A stretch of DNA of 64,000 bases from Amphiscolops sp. MND2022. Lineage: Eukaryota. The notes under the pieces are model-generated. The model ran no database searches. It was not told where the DNA came from and saw nothing but the letters and a program-made list of their open reading frames with translations. A program made the position numbers and the translations under genes. Where the stretch lies: assembly GCA_964187785.1 (NCBI GenBank), contig OZ076409.1, positions 1,240,001 through 1,304,000 on the forward strand, written 5' to 3'. Positions 13,261 to 24,192 of the stretch are shown here, piece by piece (positions within the stretch are counted from its first letter, which is position 1; the number at the start of each line of letters is the position of its first letter).

Positions 13261-13899
13261 TTCTGCAAGTCAGTTCTGCTCTTTCTGTGTAATCGTCTAT
13301 AGTTAACATGGGTGACTGGTTTAAACTGGTTCAAAGTATATGAATGACCAGAGTTTCAATTTAAAAATGTTTTGATAAAAATGGTTTAGGAGAATCAAGA
13401 CTTGTCGTATTTCGAAACTTTTCAATACGCTATACTTCGTGGAGACGGGTGATCCATTTTTCAAAATAAACTTTGAAAGATATGAGATTTTGGGAAATTT
13501 CCGTAAAATGCCGTTTTCCCGATAAACAGGCTCGTTTCATAACCAATTTTATGTTTAGATGCAAGGTGGTTTTCGACGTTAGTTTTGCTATAATAGTGCC
13601 GAGGTATACTTCTGAAGTTGCTATAACTTCCAGAAACTGCCATTTTCGGACGTGATCACTTTTTCCGAATTCTACGATAGTTGCGACAATTGTCCTTTAC
13701 TTAAAATGGATACAGGGAGACAAACAAAAAACGTATTCAATCGAAAACCAACAATGACAGGTCATGTGTTCAATTAAATAAATGAATAATTGGTTGTTTC
13801 CTAAAACCAAAAACCAAACCTTCCAAAAATGGTAATGTAGCTGGCGGTGTGAATAGTCGAAAAGTGACTGTAAACAATGATATAAAATTGTTTCCCAAC

Positions 13900-16200
13900 T
13901 CCCAAAGTTGAGCCAATATGTCGTTTTTTACGGTTTTGGCTACCGGGGAAACAAAATAATCTTCATCGGCATGTTTCACTTTCTCCAAGTGTCCGCAATT
14001 GAACAGTTTTACCGTTCTTTTCCAAATGCTCCTTGAGGTGTAGTTGTATTGGTTTTGCTTTTTGTTTCTCTTGGATAATGTCTCAGTTTTAATTGTATGC
14101 TTTATCGGCGCCCGTTGTTAATATATTGATTTCGAACAAGTCCGGAGTATTGTTCACTTGTCTTTTTGGTTGTTTTCACTCAGGTGTTCGCCATAATTAA
14201 TCAAAAATTCTTCAGCAAGTCCAATCCAAGTAGCAGTGTAATGTCACGTCACTTCTTCGGTAATTAGTCTCTGCATCTTTTGCTCATTGTTCTCCTAGTG
14301 TAACGGGACCCTCTGGTACAGCAAAATCAGCCAATTTCGCAACTTTGACATGTTCAGAAATTTTGTCAAAAATTCATTTTCGATGTGTGACGTGGCACTG
14401 AGCATGTGATTGCTCTTTTCGCTGTTTTTACCAGTTTCAATGCAAACTGAGGACTGAGCAAGACCGAGCGAGAACGAAACAGCTTGAGAGCTTAGAAAAC
14501 TGTGAAAAAAAAAGACTTTTTTAGGTGCTAACCCTAGTTTTCTTTGATTTTGGCTTTATGCTACTTTAAGTAGCGGAAACCAGTGAAATGAGTCCTGTAG
14601 CCTAATTATTCTTGTTTGGTGGTTGCAGCCCCTGCGCCCCAGCTTGTATCTGTGTGGTTTGCCATATTCGTGCCTGTTTTCTTGTATTTTTTCGGCTGTT
14701 TTTACTAGCTCGAGCGCTAGTTTAGATACTACTCCGCATGTTAGAACTTACTCCCATGTCACCCTGGAATCAGAAATTTACCTTATTCTTTGCATTGTTT
14801 TTATGTGTAGTGATCTTTTATTCTTGGCATATTTTATGTTAAGCGGTGGTCTTTAGAGAGTCAGGAAGATGCCCATTGCTTCTAGCAACCAAAGACTAGG
14901 ACCGGTTGGACAGTATTCGTTGAAGCACCCACGGCCTCAGGACGTATTCCACCCCTGAAGGCAAAATGGATCTGTGGCGATGAGCGCCTGACCCGAGCGA
15001 TTTACCCATTTCTGCAGGTTTATCCACCTTGCTTGCCGTTACATATTCTATATCTACCGGTATTTGTTATTGTCAGTTGTTCTGCTGATTCTTTCACTTC
15101 TATGATGCTTGATTGTAATTCATCCGCTTTTTTTCCAATTGTATTAGTTTAAAGTTAGTTTAGTTTTTTTTACATCCATTTGATGCTTGTAATTTTCTCT
15201 GTTTTAATGTTTTTGAGAAGTGGACCTTCTTTTCGAAGTTATTGAATGTGTGGTATAGTTTCGGGCATTTATGTGTTCAGTTCCCATTCTGTGTATTGTA
15301 AATTTTGCAAAATTTGCTGTTGGTAAATCTTTTATTTGATTTTATTCTAAAAATTTCGATTTTCTGCTCGGTTTGATTTTTGTGCTTCTTGTATTGGTTT
15401 TTAGTAGTTCATTCTTTCGTAGGTGTTCTATTTGATCATCTCGGTGGCTATCTTCATCCCGAGTATTTTCGGTTCCATTAGTATATTCTCTTCTTCTCCG
15501 TAATTGCAGTCATGAATTTTGATCTTTTCGACATTCCTTTTTCTATATTCTATGAATCTCCGTCATGAACTTTCCGGTGTTTCAGTTTCAGTTTGTTTTG
15601 TCCAGAGGAAATCTCCTCGGTTGTGATGGATTTCAGTGTGGTAGAGAGTATCCGTTGAACAGTTGTATCTGGCCTGTGATTGCTATTATGTCCGGTTCGG
15701 CCTTGAATTCTGCCCGTGTAATTTGATATAATGCTCCTGGGCCGGTGCCCCGCGTGAAGTCTTCTTGGGATTCCGTTTCTTTTCCGCACCAATCGTTTTG
15801 TGACATTTCGACTCCCCGTAATATTTCAACAGTAACAGTTTGTGTACCGCTGGAATCTTTCGAACCATCATTTTGCGAAAAACAACTACTTTTGGCCTCA
15901 AAAGTTTTTTTTGGCCTCGAAGTTCGGAACTTCGGTCTGGGTTACTTCTTATTATGTCAGTTTTATTTCGATACAAACGTTCTGTTGGTAAAAAGATTGC
16001 TGAATGCGCTGTGTACTATCCCGAATTTTGTCTGGTAAGAAGGATAAAGTTTTATCTTCGATCTGAGTTACGGCAAAAACTTGTCACCGTAAAAACGTGA
16101 GAAAAGGCAGTTCACGCAAAACGAGTCAGTCAATTGCAATATGCCAATTCAGGTCTTCTCGACATTCTTTCTTCACTTGACATCTTCACTGACACATCAA
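13900..16200 (-). pseudogene. Decayed Gypsy gag-pol remnant, interrupted by an LTR at 14299-15043
   Basis: RT N-terminal-like EKVKHADEDYFVSPVAKTVKND and AKPIQLHLKEHLEK; gag-like fragments at 15550-16100; numerous stops. Confidence 0.55.
14299..15043 (+). mobile_element. Solo LTR
   Basis: 8-bp terminal inverted repeat TGTAACGG...CCGTTACA, the same terminus as the LTRs at 1-677 and 8044-8772. Flanks (cctag/tattc) give no TSD. Confidence 0.6.
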
Positions 16201-16255
16201 TTTAAAAGGAATAATTTGCAATTTTATTTGAATGAAAAGAATAGTTGAATCATTG

Positions 16256-16852
16256 TCAAAAACAGACATTGAGATAAAAGTGAATGTCATGAACATTACG
16301 TTGTGTTTTATCACCATGTTCATTATTGAGAGTAGTTCTAGTTTTCGCGTTGTGTTGAACTTCGGAATAACTTTCCGGTCTCTCGTCAGATCTCTCCCAT
16401 CCCCTTCTAGTCTCCTGTCCTGAACCGGCCATAATAACGTTTTGAATTTGTGGCAAAACTTGGTTATTGATGGCATCACTTATGGCTCTCTGGATTTGAG
16501 AACTAACACTGTTCATCATCTCATCCATCTCTCTAGATATTCTAGAGTTTAGTTCACACGATAACTTATTGATCTCAGCTTGAGAATCTATACTTGCTGT
16601 GATTCGGTCGTAACCGGCACTAGTCCCAGTTTCGGGATTTCTATGATCAGAATGGAGATTCATTTCCTCATTTTCTAAGTTATTGCTTGTAACACTTTCC
16701 TGTCTTCTAATGGAAGTTCCATCGAGACTTTCGTCTCTCCCCATGTCATTGAAGTGATTTTCACCTAACATTATGTCAAGGTTTTCAATGTCAGAGAGAA
16801 TCTCTAATCCTCTAGATTTCCTTGTTTTCTTTTGCTTTCTTGTAGTAGGCAT
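16256..16852 (-). CDS. Truncated duplicate of the gag N-terminus inside the 3' LTR, reading out into flanking DNA
   Basis: First 189 aa identical to gag 29385-31079, then IHFYLNVCF from the flank. Confidence 0.85.
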   Translation of the reverse strand: MPTTRKQKKTRKSRGLEILSDIENLDIMLGENHFNDMGRDESLDGTSIRRQESVTSNNLENEEMNLHSDHRNPETGTSAGYDRITASIDSQAEINKLSCELNSRISREMDEMMNSVSSQIQRAISDAINNQVLPQIQNVIMAGSGQETRRGWERSDERPESYSEVQHNAKTRTTLNNEHGDKTQRNVHDIHFYLNVCF

Positions 16853-18016
16853 TAAGACCGAACCGGATTGAATACTTGAATTATCAATTCCGAAATGTTA
16901 ACAGTGAAACCGTTTGTATTATGAACGTCTTTATCAAATGAAGAGAAATACAAAGTATGAGTCTTCCTGCAGGGGTACGGGTATTTATACCCCTAAAGGG
17001 ATGACACACACATTTTTTACATAGTTTGATCACGACAAATCATAGGATTTTACAATCATCATAAGAAAATCCCCGACAACTACATATTTCCGGGGGACAT
17101 TTAAGGAATGGAATTCAGAGTCATCATCTTAAGTAGCAACTTCAAACAATTTATCGGTTAAGACCGCTTAATGTGTGATGTAAACAAATACCACAATTTG
17201 CATATTTTATAGTAACGTAAAATGAAGGCACGTGCCGGCACAAGTTTACTGCATGTTAAGCTAAAAACGGAATGTATTACTATGTATGGAATCCTAATAT
17301 TGCATTGATATTCACAAAAATACACTCGCATATCAAAGCCAGAATAGGCCCAAATTCATAACATGTATTGCACATATGAAGAACATGGTAAAAGGCCATA
17401 ATCGTCCCTTTATCCAAATCAAAGGTATACAAACATCAAAACGTCACAACCGTATTCATTTAGTCTAAAAACATGATTCTAATAGCTCCGCGTAAGTACT
17501 GATCCAATTATGTAACAAAAGCATCATTAAGCTCGAATTGGCCAGAGCCGTCCATTTGACTGTGGGACTGATTCAAATTAGCGCCGCTTAGTCAATTGGC
17601 CATATCCGGCCACCATAAATAAAGCACTCATAATTAGTAAAAAGGGGAGCTCTGATTGGCTAATAACCGTGCTGAAAGTTACATCGCCGAGAAGGGACGT
17701 TTTCTTACTTGAACACGTTTCCTTCTCGCGATTAACTTGCTTATTGTACGTTACCGCTTTGATTAATTTCAACAACTACCTTTTACAATTTCAATCACAA
17801 CTTGATTTGGATAGCTCCAAATCGTAATTTTAACAGACTAATATCATGAACAATTATGTGAAAATGCACTTGAATAAGTAAAATGAATGTGATCAACTAG
17901 TAAATATAAGTTTCAGTAAGGGAAAGTTTAAAACGTGGGTAGGGTACCTGGGACGATTTCCTGATTTTCCGCTGACGTCGTTATTAATGTACCGTCACAG
18001 GCGGCAGCCTGCGACA
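16285..18016 (-). repeat. 3' LTR (1732 bp)
   Basis: Matches 30512-32243; visible differences only at about 17316, 17568, 17646, 17767 and 17815. Confidence 0.97.
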
Positions 18017-18713
18017 CTGCGGGTGTTATGAAGAGGAATGCCCCGGCGTTGAGGCCGTTCTCATATGCCTCCCTTCTGATTTTCGTGATGTACTCGGGCT
18101 CTCCTCGCGGCTTGGACCTTGCAACATACCATTCTACTTTCTCTTTCTTTATTGCTTCTGAGGATCTGCCACACACCATACAACCAGAGTACAGTTTATT
18201 GCTCACGTCTTCGTACGGCCTTGTGTTCTGTACATGAAACGACGCGTGAAAACCACCCATTGTAGGCTGCATCAGGGGGGTGTCCAAACTTGGTCCTCTC
18301 TCATGGTCAGGCGGTGACATGGGTGACTCAGGCACTGGTAATAGAGTCTTGCAAATTTCTATCCTTGACTTTCCCAACTTCTTTGGGGGAGCATAACACA
18401 TCTCCTGGTCAAAGTACCTGTGGTCAAATTTTGGAGTTACATCTGTTTGCGTCTGGGAAGAGCTGGGGCCAGCTTCTGGTTCATCTTCTGAGGGTTCCTC
18501 CACAGTCATTATGCGGCCCCCGATTAACATGGGGCTGGAGGTGACTTCCCTTTCGATTCTTGCAATAAGTTGCTCCGTGTCCGTGGAGCAGTCGGTTTCC
18601 CAGTCCGAAGACTCTCCCTCGCTGCTGGAAATGTATATTACTGATTTTTCAGACTCATCTGAGTCGTATTCCTCCAGATCGAACAATCTTCTAGCTAAGT
18701 TGTATTTGCTCAT
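17928..18713 (-). CDS. Accessory ORF of the Gypsy element (261 aa; acidic/Ser-rich N-terminus, CxxC motif), unknown function
   Basis: Intact ATG-to-TAA ORF in element-sense orientation downstream of integrase; the last 89 nt lie inside the 3' LTR. No signal peptide or TM anchor, so not env-like. Confidence 0.75.
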   Translation of the reverse strand: MSKYNLARRLFDLEEYDSDESEKSVIYISSSEGESSDWETDCSTDTEQLIARIEREVTSSPMLIGGRIMTVEEPSEDEPEAGPSSSQTQTDVTPKFDHRYFDQEMCYAPPKKLGKSRIEICKTLLPVPESPMSPPDHERGPSLDTPLMQPTMGGFHASFHVQNTRPYEDVSNKLYSGCMVCGRSSEAIKKEKVEWYVARSKPRGEPEYITKIRREAYENGLNAGAFLFITPAVSQAAACDGTLITTSAENQEIVPGTLPTF

Positions 18714-19586
18714 GATTATCTTTTTTGCTATTTTTGAAGCTGCTCGTAGCGACTGTATTGAAGAGAAGTTTGTAGTAGAATGAATTTATCAGTTTCAAGA
18801 ATTTAGTCGAATCGGGCCTTTTCCCGAGCTTCCCAGTTCGGCGGGAGAGTCTTAGGTTAATCGTCCCGATTCGTCGTAAACTTTTCTGAATGGAATTCCT
18901 TAATTGGTCGGTTCCCTTTGATAGCCTGATGATTACCCCTCATCAGTGTCATCACTAGAAGAGGTGTGAATGGCGCTCGACTTATGAATATCAACTACAT
19001 CCGTCTCAAGTGGGTAATTAACAGGTCGGGTCGCTTGTAAACAATTAGCGGCACGCGTCACCAAAACTTCTCGTAATGGCTTCATCCAATCAGCGTTAAG
19101 CTTCGATAAATTGTAAAATTAAATAATAAAAATGGCGAAAATAATAAGTCTAAGTACTTCAAGATGGCGAAAATTCTAACTAAGGGTAACTGGACGAAAC
19201 GGTAAAACAAAACAGGGCAAACGGCCATAACCGGTCTCTAACTAAATAAGCTGTAAATAACAAAGTCCTTTGTACACTTCGCTGGCAGACTCCGTGTACA
19301 TTTTAAATATGTAAATAATCAAATAATATTAGTCTGGTAATTTCTTCAGCCACGAACTCCAACTTTTCAATTGCTTTATCCAATTCCAATTCTATTTAAT
19401 TCCGATCACCTTACATTTGTTTTCTTTATCTGCAATCTCCCAATTGCCATCTATTTGTCTACGTCCAACGCATTCTCTTCGGAGTATCCTTATTCCCCTT
19501 CATCCTCGACCGTGAGTGGCCACCATCCACATCTCACATCCGTCAGTTCAAAACAACTCTTTTTGGAGCAACAACCCGGGAAAGAC
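18714..19586. promoter_or_regulatory. Putative internal bidirectional promoter between the two divergent accessory genes
   Basis: 873-bp non-coding gap between divergent start codons; two YY1-like AANATGGCG motifs at about 19129-19170. Confidence 0.4.
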
Positions 19587-22500
19587 ATGTCTTCAAGCAC
19601 AGGTTGGTCTGGTTTTCGTATATTGAACTAGCTTAGCTTGATCAGGGCTAAATTTGTTCACAATAAGCTTCCTGTTTCCACTAATAAGCGCGTGACAGCA
19701 CATTTTGTTCAAATTCTCAAGTACTTCCGGAAGGTTTCTAATGCGGTAGAATGGATTCTTTTCGAGGAAGCATACCGCCAAACTTTATCTCTTTTTATTT
19801 AGAGAATCAAACAACTGAAGTTACCGATGTACCAGTCAGACCTGCTACCACTACTTCAGCGGCTAATCCACCGACCGAAGCTGGACCACAAATCCAAAAT
19901 CCGAGTGTGTCCCAAGAGTTGTCTCGAAGCCGTACTGATGATATCACCTCTACTCACAGTGCTGACAGTGACCCAGATGTAACATCATATGCTGAATCTA
20001 TGCTCCAACGGATGCAACAGACACAACGCATCGTTACACACGAAGAGAAACATCCTGCGGCTGCCCTGCTGCAGAGCCAAGAACAAGCCAATGACCCTCC
20101 TGAATTAGTATTGACGACTGCTGAGAACCGAAGGTCGAGTACGCCCATCCAGTCTGTTGAGGAGGAAGTCCAAGAAGCTGACTTGTCAGCTTTAGAGTCT
20201 GCCTTGAAGGTCATCGAGGCCTCTGAGTCTCAGCTACCTGAATTGAGAAACAAGAACAATTCAGACCAAGTGGATGCAAGTGGTATCCAATCCAGGACTG
20301 ACGAAGATAACGCCTCGTCAATTTGTGATGTACCCGCTCTCCCAGGAGGTGACCCCAAAGTACGATTCGCCGTGGGATTGGGTGATGAAGAAGAGTCTAC
20401 CGGAGAGTCAAGTCGACTGGTCCCGGTAGAGTTGTATGGACGTCCTCCTTTCGGTCCTGAGTCTGGAACTGAATGTGAAGGGGATACCGGTTCCGAAGGG
20501 CAGCTTTTGGAATCAGGCAAAACATGGACTGCTGGCGGGAGTTCACATCCAGACAAACTCCCAGATCTCTCGGGTCGTAGTAGAGCCATTCTAAAGGAGT
20601 ACTTCGAGGAGGCTTCTCCTATTAGACTTCCCGTTGGGCATACTACCGTAGCCTTCACAGAGCCTCAGGTTTATCACCTCCTGCGTACCCTCACGGATGA
20701 GACTCTTCGCAAGTCCTTCAGTACTATGGAAAGAATGGTACTCGATGCTGTCCGAGGTTCCCCGACCGCTCTCCCGTCACGTACTTCTCACTTTCAACTA
20801 AAGAGGAGAGCACAAACCCCTGGACCTGGGACCCAGAGTGACTCTGAGACGGAGAGTGACCCACAAGGAACAGTTTCAGATCAGCTTGGGTCGAGTAGCG
20901 ACGACACTGGCAATGCTTCCCTCTATGAGGAAACCGATAGCGCCACAGAGATGGACCTGATAACGAAGTCCTTTAAGCAGACTCCAGCGCAACCTCTAGA
21001 CAGGGAGATTCAAACGGGCGCGCCAGATAATCAGCAGCAAACAGGACTAGAGATGGAAGGGCCCAGTAGTCAAGATACCACCTTACACGAGATGCGTGAG
21101 CAGGCTCAGAAGGACCTAGGAGAGGGACATTCTAAATTGAAGAAGAAAAAGGGCAACAAGAAACTTTCCAGGAGAGGGGTGCCAATGAGGGAAGAGTTCT
21201 TCTGTAAAATAGGGTGGACGAGATCGTTCATTTCCGGGCCGGCTGATCCTTTGCATAATCCACATATGGTCTGGTGCCATATTTGCAAAAAGAACTTCTC
21301 TATCAAATCAAAGGGGCCCTATGAGATCTTGAGGCATCATCGGACAGATCGCCACTTAAGACGTGACCAAAGGTGGCGTTACGAACACTTGCGTAGTGTC
21401 GACCCCGTTAGTGGCAAAGTGCAACATCGAGTCAGAGGTGCTAACGGCAAAATCTTGACGAAAATTGAACTGGCCAATCAACTACCCAAGTTCATCAATG
21501 CTGAATTAGTGGACATCGGGGAGAGGTTCCCCTTTTACGAGGATTTCATACGAGGGACTACCACAGCCTTGGTCACACAGGAAGCAAGGGTCAAGACCCA
21601 ACTTTGCCTGGTTGGGGATTTCATGAAGACTCTGGGTGACTTGTCTGTCTTGAGGAACCTGTGGGCCAGAATGGGGGCCTTCACCAACCATCAAGCTACT
21701 GTGTGTGATTTTGACTGGGGCGAAGAACGTATAAGTGTAAGTATATTTTCGGTGACCTGTCCACTAGGCCGTGTATTTCCTTTCTAGAATTTCTGTTTTT
21801 CTTACAGGCAATCTTCCAGCATTTCTTCATGAGTGCCCTGAGCAACCTCGCTGAGCACGTCGCCGCCGAACAATGCTTCGCCATTGAATTCGAGGCTGCT
21901 GGAGTTTACCGCTATATGACAGTCAGGTTCTGGAAGGGTCACGAGCTCTGCCGGGTCTTCATTTGCAGAAGTTCTCTTCCCGCAACTGACATAACAGGCG
22001 AACTAGGCTCCCTGGCTCGATTCTTGTCTGCGGTTTCAACCCAACCAGATGTAGTGGCATGTTCCGGATGTCACGTTGACTTTGCCAAGACGATTGATCA
22101 ATCAGATTACTTCCCACAAGGGGTCCAGAGTTGTTTCCGTTTTGAGCAGTTGTCCTTACCCACCTTAATGCACAAATCCAAATATTCCGTCTTTGGTCAA
22201 ATAGACTTCTTCTCCGTGCTCCAGGCCCTGATGGTGTCCTTAGGCGGCTCTCTTACTGAAGAATGGGCAATGCGGAGTCCAGAGCTCACAAAAGTAAGTA
22301 CTTCACTTCATCTTTCATTTGATGGTCGGGGGTCGTTTAACTTAGGTATGGTAAGGAACAATTCCCAACAGCAAGATTGGTTTTAACAGGCGGTGACTAA
22401 TTGCAAACTTGACATCCTGACGCTCCCAGTCCTCTGTACAGAACTGGCCAAGGAGTGGAAACTCATACTCCGCTATTTGACTGAACATGCACCTATACAA

Positions 22501-23957
22501 GGAGGTCAAGGAGTCCGCAGCAGGGTTAGGTTTGATTTCATTCCTTTACTTGTATAATCAAATAGTACCACAGGGAGGTTCTTGGGCTCCCCCCCTTTCA
22601 TTTACCGGGCGTTTGGCGAAAACTAACGTATGCATCTTGTTTAAGGTACAGAGCTTCGAGTGGTCCCTGATCTGTGATGAGTTTTTCGTGGTCAAGTTGG
22701 AGTTCTTCAACAGGCTCGTGAGCGATTGTAAGTTGTTTACTTTTAGGGTAGTTGTTCAGGGATCTACCCTACTTTAGGCTTTGATTTGTGTTTCCAGACG
22801 TAGCTAGTTTTCCGGTGAACCTCCAACACAGGCGTGATTCCTCTTTCTATTTATGCGGGGAAGTCTGCCAGTTCTTAAGCCTACTTTGTTCTCGTGCCTA
22901 TACACCTGACACTGTCCCCCTTGCGAATGCCTGGTTCCTGTTGTTACGATTCCAGACCAGTGAGGCTACCTTCCTGGATGGGGAAGAGTATCTGGTTCGT
23001 CTGAGGCTCTCTCACAAGGTATCAGCGGCCAGCAAAGCCAAAGCGGAAGGGATGCATTTCGGCAAAAAATCAGAGCGCCCAGCAATCCTAGCAACCACAG
23101 AGACTGTAAAATCCGATTTCGTTAAAGACAGCCAGCAATACATCCAGTATCTGGTCAATGAGGTTCTTCGACAAACTGGGCTGACTACCAACATCGTGAA
23201 GGGAATGGCCGCCTTTGACCCTTTTATTTTGTTCAAGCGGCCTATGGATGTAGCTCTGCGGCACTTCGACATCCTGTACAGTACTTTCTCCCTTCACTCT
23301 TGGGTGTCTAATGCCAACGAGTCCTTGTGTCGGGATCAGTATATGCAATTACTTGACCACCTGCGTACAGCCTATGACCCTAATTTCGACATATCTAGCG
23401 TCTCTGCTGACCTAATTGAGTTCCTGTCCGAGCTGGAATTCCTCCGTAATTGTAGCTGCTTATTCTATTTGTTCAAGTTGTGTTGCTTGTGTGCTACGTC
23501 TGTTAGCCCCACGTATCCTGATGTCATTTTCGGGACAGTTTCCACTTCTGGACGTCATAGATTGACAGACGTCATTCTTCCCAGTCAAAGTTACGTAGCT
23601 AACGTGCGTGACGCAGTTGCTTTCTGTAGTGATGATGGGAATCTGGCCAAGTTCATTGACTTCTCTTCTTCTTTCGGGCGTTCTGCATTTGCTCCCGATT
23701 ATGATCCTTGGACGTACGCGGACAATTTCGGGCGTTCGAAGATTTATAAGTCATTGTTGGCTTCCTACCGGGCAGCTCTTTCCACCCCTCAAAAATCTCT
23801 GGTCCGTGGTGCGCCAGAAGATCAATGTTCCGTAGCTGATATGTCTGCTGTGAAAGCCCCTACTAGCACTAAGCGAAGGAAAATGGAACGTCGCGCTTCT
23901 CGCGCCTCTTCGTCATCCACTGCTGGAGTCAGTGAGCCTGGTTCATCTAAAGACTAA
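19587..23957 (+). CDS. Antisense six-exon accessory gene, 1270 aa: disordered N-terminus, basic NLS-like patch, BED/C2H2-like zinc finger, degenerate hAT-transposase-like C-terminal half
   Basis: Exons 19587-19602, 19803-21736, 21808-22293, 22390-22524, 22646-22727, 22798-23957 (3813 nt = 1271 codons). Introns 19603-19802, 21737-21807, 22294-22389, 22525-22645 and 22728-22797 are all GT..AG with matching phases (1,0,0,0,1). Zn finger WCHICKKNF..RHHRTDRH; KLKKKKGNKK. Confidence 0.85.
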
Positions 23958-24192
23958 CTGTACATATGTATGTATGTACTTTGAACTGTAAACTTTGTTG
24001 ATTTTCTGTTTTGTTGCCTTTATTTATATACTTTCCTTCTTTTGATTTCTTGATCCCGTATTGTTACCTCTGTAAGGGATCTTTCATACGTCCCATTATT
24101 TATTCAAAAGATACTGACTCTCAAGGGACTAAAGGATAAAAGAAAAGAAAATCCAATTCGGGACTCATCTCCTGAACTGAATTCAGTCTTCC

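Noticed and set aside
16285..18016. Segmental duplication or second truncated element, suggested by the duplicated gag start
   Set aside because: TG...CA ends, the PBS and the matching GTGAA TSD show it is the 3' LTR of the same element.
19751..19802. ATG 19751 as the start of the 678-aa ORF
   Set aside because: This stretch ends in a polypyrimidine tract and AG in phase with an upstream ATG exon (19587-19602), so it is more likely intronic.
17928..23957. env gene (endogenous retrovirus or errantivirus) in the post-integrase region
   Set aside because: Neither accessory product shows a signal peptide or TM anchor, and the large gene is antisense and spliced.
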